The position numbers and the translations under genes were made by a program. From positions 76,447-140,446 of IMG/VR virus record IMGVR_UViG_3300028533_000484: a stretch of 64,000 nucleotides of DNA. One strand, 5' to 3'. The notes beneath the pieces are model-generated. The model was not told the DNA's origin, searched no databases, and worked only from the letters and a program-made list of their open reading frames with translations. Origin of the DNA: a virus (Duplodnaviria; Caudoviricetes). This document shows positions 46,114-55,467 of the stretch, in pieces; position 1 is the stretch's first letter; each line of letters starts with the position of its first letter.

Positions 46114-46680
46114 TTATTTATTTTCTCCGTTGAGAGTACCTTTACCTTGATACTGACCATCGTATGCTTCAGCTTCTTCTTTGGTTTCAAATACAACCAT
46201 TTGACCGACTCTAGCACCAAAATAGATTTTCATTTTGTGATTGACTGTAAGAAATGTTCCCATTTCATCTGTGTAAAAACCTGGATCCCAAATTGGTGAG
46301 TTGATTTCATTTCCACAACGTCTTACAGAACTTCTATGAACAATTTTACCTACAGTTTTTGTATCGAATTTGCAACCTTCTGCAAACCCAATCTCATATT
46401 GACCTGGTTCCAAAATCCAACAGTCACCTTCATTATCAGTTGTCAATCTTACATCTTCAGTTGCTGGTAATTTTGTTTTCTTTGTTTTTCCTGTTTCATC
46501 ATCCTTTTGATAATCCGCATAAACAGTACCGAAAGTTTCGGATTTAATTTTTGAACAAGATACCATGTGCAAATCAATACCTGCTTGAGCTGGCTCAAGA
46601 TCTGATATTTTGTACTTTTCTTTTGCTCCATCTGAGAGATATATGATACCTCTATCAATAATTTGTTTAGCTGTTAACAT
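46114..46680 (-). CDS. dcd: dCTP deaminase / trimeric dUTPase family
   Basis: AGIDL, HRSSVRRCG, WDPGF, GARVGQMV, YDGQYQ. Confidence 0.85.
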   Translation of the reverse strand: MLTAKQIIDRGIIYLSDGAKEKYKISDLEPAQAGIDLHMVSCSKIKSETFGTVYADYQKDDETGKTKKTKLPATEDVRLTTDNEGDCWILEPGQYEIGFAEGCKFDTKTVGKIVHRSSVRRCGNEINSPIWDPGFYTDEMGTFLTVNHKMKIYFGARVGQMVVFETKEEAEAYDGQYQGKGTLNGENK

Positions 46681-47290
46681 TATATACTCCTTTTTTGTAT
46701 ATTATAGGTTTTTTTGTTAATTCCATATAACAATCGTGACACAAGCATTTGTAGTTCTGACCTGTATCTATTCGTTTGTTCATTTTCCAAGTTCCAATAT
46801 ATGCATAATAATTTGCTGAATTGCCACATTCCATACAAATTGCATTTTCTTTTTCAATTTTATCCATAAAAGGAATTATTTCTCGAGCAGCATTGAGTAC
46901 AACTGCATCTGCTCCTGAAATTAATCCTGAAAAGATTAAAGGAATATCCTTCAATGGAGAATTGTGATAGTCGTAGAAGAACTGTCTCTTAAAGTCCAAC
47001 ATGTGATATTCATCAATAAAAATAGCTTCAATTTTGGCTTTCATAAGAGTCTTACCTGTAAGCTTGATTATATCGTCCACATGTTCAATTTTAAAGTAAT
47101 GTACATACTCAGTAATTTTTAATTCTTCAAGTCTCTGAGCAATGTAGTTTCCATGACTTCCACCTCTCGTATCGCAAGCAGGTTCTAACAAAACGACATG
47201 TCTTTTAGCTATTACATATTTTTCTAATTCGATTACAAAACGTCTTGTTTTACCTGAAAACATTGGACCTGTAAAAAGTTTTGTTTGCAT
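46667..47290 (-). CDS. tdk: Thymidine kinase (copy 2)
   Basis: GPMFSGKT, DTR, IDEY, CMEC and CHDC. Confidence 0.9.
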   Translation of the reverse strand: MQTKLFTGPMFSGKTRRFVIELEKYVIAKRHVVLLEPACDTRGGSHGNYIAQRLEELKITEYVHYFKIEHVDDIIKLTGKTLMKAKIEAIFIDEYHMLDFKRQFFYDYHNSPLKDIPLIFSGLISGADAVVLNAAREIIPFMDKIEKENAICMECGNSANYYAYIGTWKMNKRIDTGQNYKCLCHDCYMELTKKPIIYKKGVYNVNS

Positions 47291-47293
47291 TAT

Positions 47294-48367
47294 CTATACC
47301 TCCTTCTTTTCATCTGAATCATATCTATAATCCCAAGAATCACCGACATCATTCCTGCTTTCGCCAATTTTTGTTACATTTGATAAACTTTGATAAAATT
47401 TGTTTGCTTTTTCATTAATCTTATAACAATTGAAATAGAATGGGTTTGACAACTGTTCTAAAAGTCTTTTAGCAACACCTTGACAACGATGTTCAGAATC
47501 TACAATAAGATTTGTCATTAGATACTTGTCATCTTTATATCTACATTCAACCATACCTACCATTTTACTATCTACAAAAGCCATTGTTACGTTTCCATCT
47601 TCTATAGAACTTGGCATATATTCTGTAGGAAATGGAATTTCTGAAGAACTATAAGTGTTCATAAAGTTGATAATATTCTCAATATCATTTGCATTACTTC
47701 TTCTGAACTGTAACTTTAACTCTCCATAGTAAATTCTAAAACTTGGGTAAGCTTCTTTGTAAGCTAGAAGATTTTTATCTCCTCCACATTCACCCCAATT
47801 TGCAAATTTAGCACCAACATTTTTAAAGTATTCTAAGAATTTTACTGTAGCTACATTTGCTATGTGAGTATAATCTGTTTTTGTACTAGCTGTCGTACAG
47901 CCATAAGCCCACTCATCTTTAGCTACATACATTTGATAAGAAAGCAATTTACCTTCTTGATTAAAGAGACCTAGAACTCCACCTTTGTTAAGTAATTTTT
48001 CAAAAGCTACATCTAGACAATGTTTATATCTAGAACTATGCTCTTTGTAGTGGTTTGGATTCAATTCATCAGCTACAAGCTTGTTTGTATTCCACTCGTT
48101 GTATAGATTGTATACCTTATCTATATCTTCCTCTGTTTCGATTTCTTTTACAAAAAGCTTATTTTCTTCTGCGTATTCGAGATATTGTCTAACACGCTTT
48201 TTAAACTTTTTACCATTATCGTAACAATTTTTATCGAAAACCTTTTCCAAGTCGTAACAAACATCAAAAGTTCTTCTACCTTTTTCAAGATCTGGATTTT
48301 CAGAAAGTCCATAAGCTAGTTGTACATCTCGTACATTTGGAAAAGCGTATTGTTGAATATTAGTCAT
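47294..48367 (-). CDS. Double GNAT-fold protein (DUF2156/Fem-like N-domain plus GNAT C-domain)
   Basis: FKKRVRQY..YNEW..ANWGECGGDKNLLAYKEAYP; C-terminal HRCQGVAKRLL..ANKFY. Confidence 0.65.
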   Translation of the reverse strand: MTNIQQYAFPNVRDVQLAYGLSENPDLEKGRRTFDVCYDLEKVFDKNCYDNGKKFKKRVRQYLEYAEENKLFVKEIETEEDIDKVYNLYNEWNTNKLVADELNPNHYKEHSSRYKHCLDVAFEKLLNKGGVLGLFNQEGKLLSYQMYVAKDEWAYGCTTASTKTDYTHIANVATVKFLEYFKNVGAKFANWGECGGDKNLLAYKEAYPSFRIYYGELKLQFRRSNANDIENIINFMNTYSSSEIPFPTEYMPSSIEDGNVTMAFVDSKMVGMVECRYKDDKYLMTNLIVDSEHRCQGVAKRLLEQLSNPFYFNCYKINEKANKFYQSLSNVTKIGESRNDVGDSWDYRYDSDEKKEV

Positions 48368-48881
48368 CTATATCCTCAATTTTAATTTGTTCAGGTTTAT
48401 TTGTAAAATGATCAAACATATCATATCGATAGTACTTTTCTGCAAAAGTATTGAACTTATCGTAAATCTTATCCATATTTTCCATATAAGCCTCATCTCT
48501 ACTTTTAGCCAGACTGTTAAAGTGTAACATGTACTTTCCTTTATTTTTTGGTAAACAGATAATCGCTTTATCTACAGTATTAAAAAGTTTTTCAGCAAGT
48601 TCATCTGAAATGTGAGCTTTATCCGGCTCATAAACTTCTGTATAGATAATGTTTGAAACCCAAGCTCTATCAATTACAACATCGTAATTAAGACTTCGCC
48701 AATAGTTTAAGTCTTTTAGAAGTCTTTCATAACCTTCATCTACAGTTACATTCTTATCCTGACTTGTATTTGTACAATGAATAAACATGCAAGATCTTTT
48801 TGCTTCCATAGATGCATTTACAAGATTTCTTGCAATTGTTGTTTTTCCTGTTCCATCAGGTCCTTCTAACAAATAAATCAA
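48360..48881 (-). CDS. Nucleoside monophosphate (dTMP-like) kinase
   Basis: EGPDGTGKTT, IDRAWVS..IY. Confidence 0.85.
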   Translation of the reverse strand: MIYLLEGPDGTGKTTIARNLVNASMEAKRSCMFIHCTNTSQDKNVTVDEGYERLLKDLNYWRSLNYDVVIDRAWVSNIIYTEVYEPDKAHISDELAEKLFNTVDKAIICLPKNKGKYMLHFNSLAKSRDEAYMENMDKIYDKFNTFAEKYYRYDMFDHFTNKPEQIKIEDIDD

Positions 48882-48928
48882 TTTACACCTCTTAATTAAA
48901 AAACTAATTAAATTATAGAAACAAAATT

Positions 48929-49447
48929 ATGAAAGTTGCAGAATTGGAAAAGAAAAAATATAAAAGACTTTTGGAAGAATTAAGAGATTTTTGCAAATAT
49001 GGATATTGTCTGGAAGAGGAAACTGCCAGAACCTATATGTTGTTTTTAGTGGATGCCTTGGTAAAAATAGAAAAATCTAGAGGTAAAAAAGCAGCTGCTA
49101 ATGTAGAAAATCATTTTAAAGTAAATAACAATAGATTTGCAGGTGAAAGAGACAGATTAGAAAACAGAGCAGAAGATGATTACTTTGAAGGTAAATCCTT
49201 AGGGGAATTTGAAAAAGAATTTGAGAAGATATTTAATCAACTTAAAATTCAGCATACTTTGGATGGTAAAAGGAAAATCTCTACAGAATGGATATGTTGG
49301 ATACAGGATACCTTTAATAATTATGTTGCCAGGTTTGAAAAAAGAAATCCTAAAACGAATACGGATTTCAGAAATCAAGTAGGATGGAAGGATAAGAAAC
49401 AAACTTCTAATTCTGGAAAGTATTTACCTTCTGAGGTTAGGAAATAA
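48929..49447 (+). CDS. Convergent-pair protein A, copy 3
   Basis: DFCKYGYCLEEETA; ACTAATT upstream. Confidence 0.8.
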   Translation: MKVAELEKKKYKRLLEELRDFCKYGYCLEEETARTYMLFLVDALVKIEKSRGKKAAANVENHFKVNNNRFAGERDRLENRAEDDYFEGKSLGEFEKEFEKIFNQLKIQHTLDGKRKISTEWICWIQDTFNNYVARFEKRNPKTNTDFRNQVGWKDKKQTSNSGKYLPSEVRK

Positions 49448-49931
49448 GATCCTCCACCTTTGTTGTGGTATTGTATTTAAGCATATCTCTTAGACGTTTG
49501 CGCATACTTTCAACAAATCTTTTTTCCTTTGGGTCGTCAGATTCCGGTGCAAGCCAGAAAACTCTATTTATACTTTCAACAGTGGAATCTACATATTCAG
49601 GATCTACTTTTGTAAAATCTTCAGGAATGATAATTGGCTGTTTTGTAATCAGATTTTCCAAATGAGTAAACATCATCACAAATGTATCACCACCAACAAT
49701 TTTAGCTTCCTCATTTAACTGTCTAATATAAACGTAATCCTGGAGGTTGGAAAAGGAAGAACTTATAGAGAAGGCCTTTACAATTTTTCTATTTTTTACA
49801 AGTTCAAAGGCCTCAGAAACTTTCAATTCATCACTAAAGTTCACCAAGGAATCTTTTCTGTGTAAATAGCAAAAAAGACCTGACTCTACATCCACTGTGT
49901 AAAGATCATCCAATTCCTTAAAATTAATCAT
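49437..49931 (-). CDS. Convergent-pair protein B, copy 3
   Basis: Close paralog of 39474-39968. Confidence 0.8.
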   Translation of the reverse strand: MINFKELDDLYTVDVESGLFCYLHRKDSLVNFSDELKVSEAFELVKNRKIVKAFSISSSFSNLQDYVYIRQLNEEAKIVGGDTFVMMFTHLENLITKQPIIIPEDFTKVDPEYVDSTVESINRVFWLAPESDDPKEKRFVESMRKRLRDMLKYNTTTKVEDLIS

Positions 49932-50033
49932 ACATTGGCCTCCTTAAAGTAATTACTCTTTCAACTACAATAATATTATAGGTTTACGATCTGAAATGTT
50001 TTCAAAAACTTTCTACAAGAAACTAAATAGTAT

Positions 50034-50291
50034 GTGCCTATAGAAAGATTACAAGACTCGCTAAAAGTTAAAAGTTTTAGATATGGAAATATCTACTTTT
50101 CAGACCTGTTTAATTCAATGTTTCTTGTTAGCATTGAAATTCCAAATTCAACTGATGACTTATCAAGGTCGTTCTTTTATTCTGACACTTCTAAAAAATC
50201 CCAAAGAGCAGCAGCAAGATATTTTTATAATAAAGCTAAAGATTTTTTGGCTAAAGGAGATTATGATTCTCTAGAGGAGTTACTATCGTGA
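50034..50291 (+). CDS. Hypothetical late protein
   Basis: CTAAATA immediately upstream of GTG. Confidence 0.55.
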   Translation: MPIERLQDSLKVKSFRYGNIYFSDLFNSMFLVSIEIPNSTDDLSRSFFYSDTSKKSQRAAARYFYNKAKDFLAKGDYDSLEELLS

Positions 50292-50328
50292 TTTCCTCTT
50301 AAGTAAATATTTTTAATAAAAAAGGAGA

Positions 50329-51720
50329 ATGCTAATGCAAGTAAGTTTTACATCTTGGCAAGGTAAAGGAAATGTTACTGGTTCCAAACATGCAATTTCT
50401 GTTGGAAATCGTTATATTTTTCTTGATTATGGAATTTGGCAAGGTAATCAGGATTTAGAGCTTAAAAACGAGCACTATAAAAGTCCTGTAAATCCTAATC
50501 AAATTGATGCTGTCTTACTTTCTCATGCACATGCCGATCACTGTGCTTTGTTACCTCTCTTAATACAAGATGGTTACAAAGGAAGTATTTATTGCACATC
50601 TGCAACTAGGGACTTAGCTTCAGTTGTGCTTATGGATTCTGCAAAAGTCAGTAACTTGTATACAGAACAAGATGTAATAGCTACTTTAGACCATTTCAGG
50701 TCTCACGCTTACGAAAAGTGTAAACATGTCAACGACTATTTCAATTATACTGCTTATAATGCTGGACATATTTTAGGTTCTTCCATGATGGACTTAGAAG
50801 TAAAAGCAAAACAATCCTTTTTAGAAAAACTTTTTAGAAAACAACAAAAGCATCTACACATTCTATTCACAGGTGACCTTGGAAGAAAAAACAATCCTAT
50901 TGTAAATCCTCCTGCTCAGGATTTTCCAGCACCAGACTACATTTTCATGGAAGCAACTTATGGAAATAGGTTACACGATGATCTTGAATGTTCGCTAGAA
51001 GATTTAGCTGAAATTATAAACGAGACTGTAAATAAAGAAGGAAAAGTAATTATTCCAACCTTTGCAGTAGAGAGGGCTCAGGAACTGATTTATTACTTAA
51101 AAGTTCTAATGCAAAAGAATAAAATTCCAAAAGTGCCTGTTTATGTAGACTCTCCAATGGCTACGACTGCTACAGGTGTATTCCAGATTCATCCAGAATG
51201 TTTTAATCACACAATTAAGGATAGATTCATTTCTCAAAATAAAAATCCATTCTCGGTAAGTTCTTTGCATATTGTAAAAGATAATCAAGAATCTATAAAA
51301 TTGGCAAAAAGTAAAAAACCTTGTATTGTAATTGCAGCAAATGGTATGTGTACAGCTGGTAGAGTTCTTAACCATTTATTCTATGGAATTGAAAACTATA
51401 ACAATACAATTCTTTTAGTAGGTTATGCTTCTGAAGGAACATTAGCTAGAGAGTTGATGGATGGAGCTGAGTACATTAACTTAAATACAAAAGAGCTTTT
51501 TGTTAAAGCAAATGTAGCAACTATAGGGGCCTTTTCAGCACATGCGGATTACAAAGAAACGTTAGAATGGTTATCTGGTGTAGATACCAGCAAATTAAAA
51601 AAGATTTATCTTGTTCACGGCTCTAACGAAAGTTTGATTGCAATGAAAGATTTTTTAATATCAAACGGATATCCAAATGTTGAAATTGTTCAAGAAGGAT
51701 ATGAATATAGACTTAACTAA
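50329..51720 (+). CDS. Metallo-beta-lactamase / beta-CASP ribonuclease
   Basis: SHAHADH, AGHILGSS, TGDLG, EATYG, FAVERAQE, FSAHAD, VHG. Confidence 0.92.
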   Translation: MLMQVSFTSWQGKGNVTGSKHAISVGNRYIFLDYGIWQGNQDLELKNEHYKSPVNPNQIDAVLLSHAHADHCALLPLLIQDGYKGSIYCTSATRDLASVVLMDSAKVSNLYTEQDVIATLDHFRSHAYEKCKHVNDYFNYTAYNAGHILGSSMMDLEVKAKQSFLEKLFRKQQKHLHILFTGDLGRKNNPIVNPPAQDFPAPDYIFMEATYGNRLHDDLECSLEDLAEIINETVNKEGKVIIPTFAVERAQELIYYLKVLMQKNKIPKVPVYVDSPMATTATGVFQIHPECFNHTIKDRFISQNKNPFSVSSLHIVKDNQESIKLAKSKKPCIVIAANGMCTAGRVLNHLFYGIENYNNTILLVGYASEGTLARELMDGAEYINLNTKELFVKANVATIGAFSAHADYKETLEWLSGVDTSKLKKIYLVHGSNESLIAMKDFLISNGYPNVEIVQEGYEYRLN

Positions 51721-51728
51721 TTATTAAT

Positions 51729-52334
51729 ATGAATTGGAATCATGCATGTAATCGAGATAGAGAAGTTTCATTTCAAGGTAGACTTGATAAAGTTCTCGAA
51801 AGACAAAAAATAGGTTTAAGAGATAATTTAATCAAGCTTACAGGCACTCCGGAAGATGTTGTTGTTATTAAACGAAAAGCAACTATAAACGGTGATCTAA
51901 TCTCGAAAATTATTATAGATCAAAAAATTACAAACTGTATATTTCCAATTTTAAAAGACGTACCTATCAGGAAAGTTACAAAAGAGTTTGAGGATGGTTA
52001 TACTTTAACTTCACTGGTTTCAGCTTACGGGGATGGTTCAGAAAAGGGTCAAAAGGAATCTACAAAAGGTCTCACAACCTACGATATTATTGTACCTTTT
52101 GACTCTAATATTGACACTGGTGATGCAATCATTAGAGTATTTGTACAAGAAAACATAAAAGCAAGTACTGTAATGATTTTTGAAGTTTTGGAAATCCTAA
52201 GTGATTTCTCAAACAATGCACCTTTGACAACAAAAGTTAAAGTAGCAATCTCAAACGATCCTATCGATTTGAGTAAACCATCTTACAAACTGATTATGGC
52301 TTTAGCTAAGAGACGCATTGCAGCAAACTATTAG
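51729..52334 (+). CDS. Putative virion structural (neck/head-completion-like) protein
   Basis: CTAA-N8-ATG late promoter; beta-rich 201 aa. Confidence 0.5.
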   Translation: MNWNHACNRDREVSFQGRLDKVLERQKIGLRDNLIKLTGTPEDVVVIKRKATINGDLISKIIIDQKITNCIFPILKDVPIRKVTKEFEDGYTLTSLVSAYGDGSEKGQKESTKGLTTYDIIVPFDSNIDTGDAIIRVFVQENIKASTVMIFEVLEILSDFSNNAPLTTKVKVAISNDPIDLSKPSYKLIMALAKRRIAANY

Positions 52335-52391
52335 AAGTCTACAAGTTTATTTAAACTCTAGTTTGAAAAGATAATTATCAGATTGTTGATA

Positions 52392-52760
52392 TCAATCTTC
52401 TAAGTTTCTTCGAAGTGTACGGATTTGATTTTGAATCATATCTTTATATGATATCATTGTATTAAGTTCTTGTTGAGTAATTTGAATATTGTACTTTTCA
52501 ACATCACTAATCCAGGTAAAATATGTGTTGAGTTCCTTAATGTTGCGATTAAGCTCTGAAATAACTCTTTTCCAATCCTGTTGAGATTCTGGAGTATTTA
52601 ACATCGTATCAAAGAATTGACTATATCTGGTCATCCTTTTACCTATTTGAGTTAAATCTATTTTTGCTTCTTTGAGAAGATTATTTATAGTTATAAGTCT
52701 AGCAAAATTCTCTTGCAATTGCTGTCCTGCCATTAAAAAGTTTCTTGCTTCATATGTCAT
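52392..52760 (-). CDS. Hypothetical helical late protein
   Basis: ACTAATT plus SD GAGGAG; LLKE site. Confidence 0.65.
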   Translation of the reverse strand: MTYEARNFLMAGQQLQENFARLITINNLLKEAKIDLTQIGKRMTRYSQFFDTMLNTPESQQDWKRVISELNRNIKELNTYFTWISDVEKYNIQITQQELNTMISYKDMIQNQIRTLRRNLED

Positions 52761-52832
52761 TTTATTTATCTCCTCTCAATTAGTCCTCATATAATATTAT
52801 AGTTAGAGACTTATAGGATTCTTTCAAGAAGA

Positions 52833-53366
52833 TTACATAAAAAGCTCTGGATGCTGTTTCATGAAGTGCAAGGCTTCGGCAATTTGTTTCTTTGATTTTG
52901 TATCCTCTGGTCTATTTATCGTAGAAATTTCTTCTCTTTTCCATCTTTTTATAGTTCTATAACCACTCTGCCATTTCATATTATCGTAATTGTACGGATA
53001 AAACGTATACCATTTTCGATATTCTGGATGAGCATCCATCAATTCCTGAGACTTACAATAACTTTCTATTTTAAGATGACATCTGTTACAGAGTACAGCA
53101 AAATGATTTACATTGGATAAATCTACATATCTTAAAGGGTCTTTGTGATGCACTACCAACTGCTCTGGAGTATGACAAATCTCACACTGATGATTTCTCA
53201 AATTCAGCATGTGCTTTACAAATCTTTTCCATTCGTAGGATTCTCTAAATTTAGATTTTTCCCAGGATGTATGTTCCTTACGATAATCTATACCAGAAAC
53301 AGTGTTGTCAAGATTTCTTTCCTGTTCAAGCCATTCGCCAAGGTTATCTACCTCTTTTACAATCAT
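52833..53366 (-). CDS. HNH endonuclease
   Basis: CEIC...VHHKD...LCNRCH. Confidence 0.85.
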   Translation of the reverse strand: MIVKEVDNLGEWLEQERNLDNTVSGIDYRKEHTSWEKSKFRESYEWKRFVKHMLNLRNHQCEICHTPEQLVVHHKDPLRYVDLSNVNHFAVLCNRCHLKIESYCKSQELMDAHPEYRKWYTFYPYNYDNMKWQSGYRTIKRWKREEISTINRPEDTKSKKQIAEALHFMKQHPELFM

Positions 53367-53635
53367 CTGTGACCCTCGCTATGACATTCTAGACCTGTAA
53401 TTGCTCCACCTGAACGTCTTTTTGGAATTCCAACTTTACCGAGAAAGTATTTTCCTTCTTGTTGCAAAGCAAAATTCCAAACTTTTACAAGAGCTTTATT
53501 AAAATCTTTTTCTTTTTTGAGGCCTTCTTTAAAGTTAAAAGTGTATGTATCCTTTTTAGTAGCATACTTGTTTGCAAAAACAATTAATGAGCTTAAATCT
53601 TTACAACTCTGAAGCTCGTTTACGTGTTTTAGCAT
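53363..53635 (-). CDS. Small hypothetical protein
   Basis: Similar to the N-domain of 42052-42825. Confidence 0.7.
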   Translation of the reverse strand: MLKHVNELQSCKDLSSLIVFANKYATKKDTYTFNFKEGLKKEKDFNKALVKVWNFALQQEGKYFLGKVGIPKRRSGGAITGLECHSEGHR

Positions 53636-53702
53636 TTACAATCTCCTCAAGATCTTAAATATTCACAACATTATTATAGAGTTTCCTTTTAGAATTTTTG
53701 CA

Positions 53703-53731
53703 AAAAAGAAGGCATCAAAAATGATGCCTTT
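53703..53731. terminator. Intrinsic terminator
   Basis: AAGGCATCA-AAAA-TGATGCCTTTT. Confidence 0.7.
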
Positions 53732-53739
53732 TGTTTATT

Positions 53740-54456
53740 TTACTTATTGTCTGATTCTACAAGTCTTTGTTTTTGTTTTGCAGTTAGGCCTTTGGTTGGC
53801 TTAAACACCATCAGATTTTCTTCCTTATCATTGTACGGAATAACAACTGTTACAAGACCATTTTCGATACTGTATGAAAGATCCTTAATTGAATACTTTG
53901 AAGTATCTATGTAAATACTTCTCTTATACTCGCGATCAGGATTATCAATAGCTTTTACAAGATAAACTTCATCCTCTTCGTTTGAAGGTTCCATTACAGC
54001 TGAAATATGAATATGTAGGTAATCTCCTCCATAACTAAGCTGAATGCGATCTGCTGAAATTCCTGTAGTATCAAATCGAATCTTCATACCAGCTGTCTTT
54101 GAAAAAGATAAATTGTATCTTGGATAGTTATCACCTTTGCAAAGTGGCTCAGGTAAAGTCTCCAATGTATTGTTCGTAGAAAGGACTGCTTCTAAAGGCA
54201 CTTCCTCCAATTCCTCTACAATTGAGGCTGGTATAGCAGAAACTGTTTTACCATTAATAAAATCCTTTTGTTTTACGAAGTTACCACTCCCATCAAAATA
54301 TGTAAATCTTGCTGCAACTGTACCTCTAGGGTCTGTATAAACCTCTTTTTTGACAGATAAACTTTCTTGGGGATCGAAAATATGTTTGTAATCTCTTCCA
54401 AGACTCTCTTCAACTACATCGTCGAAAAATTCACTTAATGTTCTAAAACCTGCCAT
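53740..54456 (-). CDS. Small heat-shock protein (Hsp20 / alpha-crystallin domain)
   Basis: YPRYNL...GIS...YKRSI...ENGLVTVVIP. Confidence 0.8.
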   Translation of the reverse strand: MAGFRTLSEFFDDVVEESLGRDYKHIFDPQESLSVKKEVYTDPRGTVAARFTYFDGSGNFVKQKDFINGKTVSAIPASIVEELEEVPLEAVLSTNNTLETLPEPLCKGDNYPRYNLSFSKTAGMKIRFDTTGISADRIQLSYGGDYLHIHISAVMEPSNEEDEVYLVKAIDNPDREYKRSIYIDTSKYSIKDLSYSIENGLVTVVIPYNDKEENLMVFKPTKGLTAKQKQRLVESDNK

Positions 54457-54465
54457 ACATTCTCC

Positions 54466-55221
54466 TTATTTTTGTTTTCTACCACGAGAACTTTTTGACT
54501 CAGCTTTAACCTTTTTTGCTTGTTGTTTTTCTTTTTCTTTTTCCTCTTTGTCAAAAGCTGAAAGAGCAATTTCAAGTTCTTTGTTAATTTCTTCTTGTTT
54601 TTCTCTTGCAATTTTGTCAATAAGCTGTTGTCTACGGATATCTTTTTCTTTAAACTTGCCAAGTCTATTTAAAGTTTCTTCTGCAGTTAACCAAATGTCT
54701 TTTCCATTAAGAACTTCTTCAATTTCTTGATCTGTTAAGAACTCTTTGTAAGTTTTTCTCCAAGCTGTTTCGTAACATTTTTCGTCAAAGTGAAATCTAG
54801 ATTTTTGTTCATGCCACTTTCCATAAACTCCACCTGTCCATGCATGAACCATAACATGTGCATGTTCAAGAATTTCCCATTGATCACCTGCTAACATAAT
54901 AATTGTTGCAGCACTTGCACACATTCCTTCAACAAAAATCTCTATAGTAGCTTGTGAGATGTTTAAAGTATCACGAATGATGTAAGCTGTGTCTACGTTT
55001 CCACCGCAGCAATCAATATGTATGCGAATAGCATCTGTTGATTTTGCTTCTCGCACAGCCCTTAAGAAATCTATAAAATCTTCTGAATCTTCAATTTCAT
55101 ATGGCATAAAAAAGTCAATAATATCTCCTGTTGGAAGATGTTGTATTCTTAAAGGATTATTTATTGATCTATCTGCCGGACTATATAATTCTGATTGATC
55201 GCAAAATGTGTTTACTTTCAT
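54466..55221 (-). CDS. clpP: ClpP-like serine protease
   Basis: IDCCGG, GMCASAAT, VMVH, DIWLTAEE. Confidence 0.88.
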   Translation of the reverse strand: MKVNTFCDQSELYSPADRSINNPLRIQHLPTGDIIDFFMPYEIEDSEDFIDFLRAVREAKSTDAIRIHIDCCGGNVDTAYIIRDTLNISQATIEIFVEGMCASAATIIMLAGDQWEILEHAHVMVHAWTGGVYGKWHEQKSRFHFDEKCYETAWRKTYKEFLTDQEIEEVLNGKDIWLTAEETLNRLGKFKEKDIRRQQLIDKIAREKQEEINKELEIALSAFDKEEKEKEKQQAKKVKAESKSSRGRKQK

Positions 55222-55237
55222 ATATTTACAATTCTCC

Positions 55238-55453
55238 TTATATTAAACTTTCTTCTAGAAGCACTGGCGTTATTGTAGCCCTAGTGATTTGATATCCGCT
55301 AGCTTCACGTAACACTTTTTGTACTTCTTTTTTAGCTTTTTTATAATTTTTGTAGTCTCTTACAAAATTGACTCTATCCGGTAAGTTGTTATCTTGTTTA
55401 TTTGGTACCAGATATTGTACAACTACCTGAAACTTAATTAGCGGACAATTCAT
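55238..55453 (-). CDS. Hypothetical protein
   Basis: SD GAGG, 71 aa. Confidence 0.6.
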   Translation of the reverse strand: MNCPLIKFQVVVQYLVPNKQDNNLPDRVNFVRDYKNYKKAKKEVQKVLREASGYQITRATITPVLLEESLI

Positions 55454-55467
55454 GTGAAACCTCTTTT

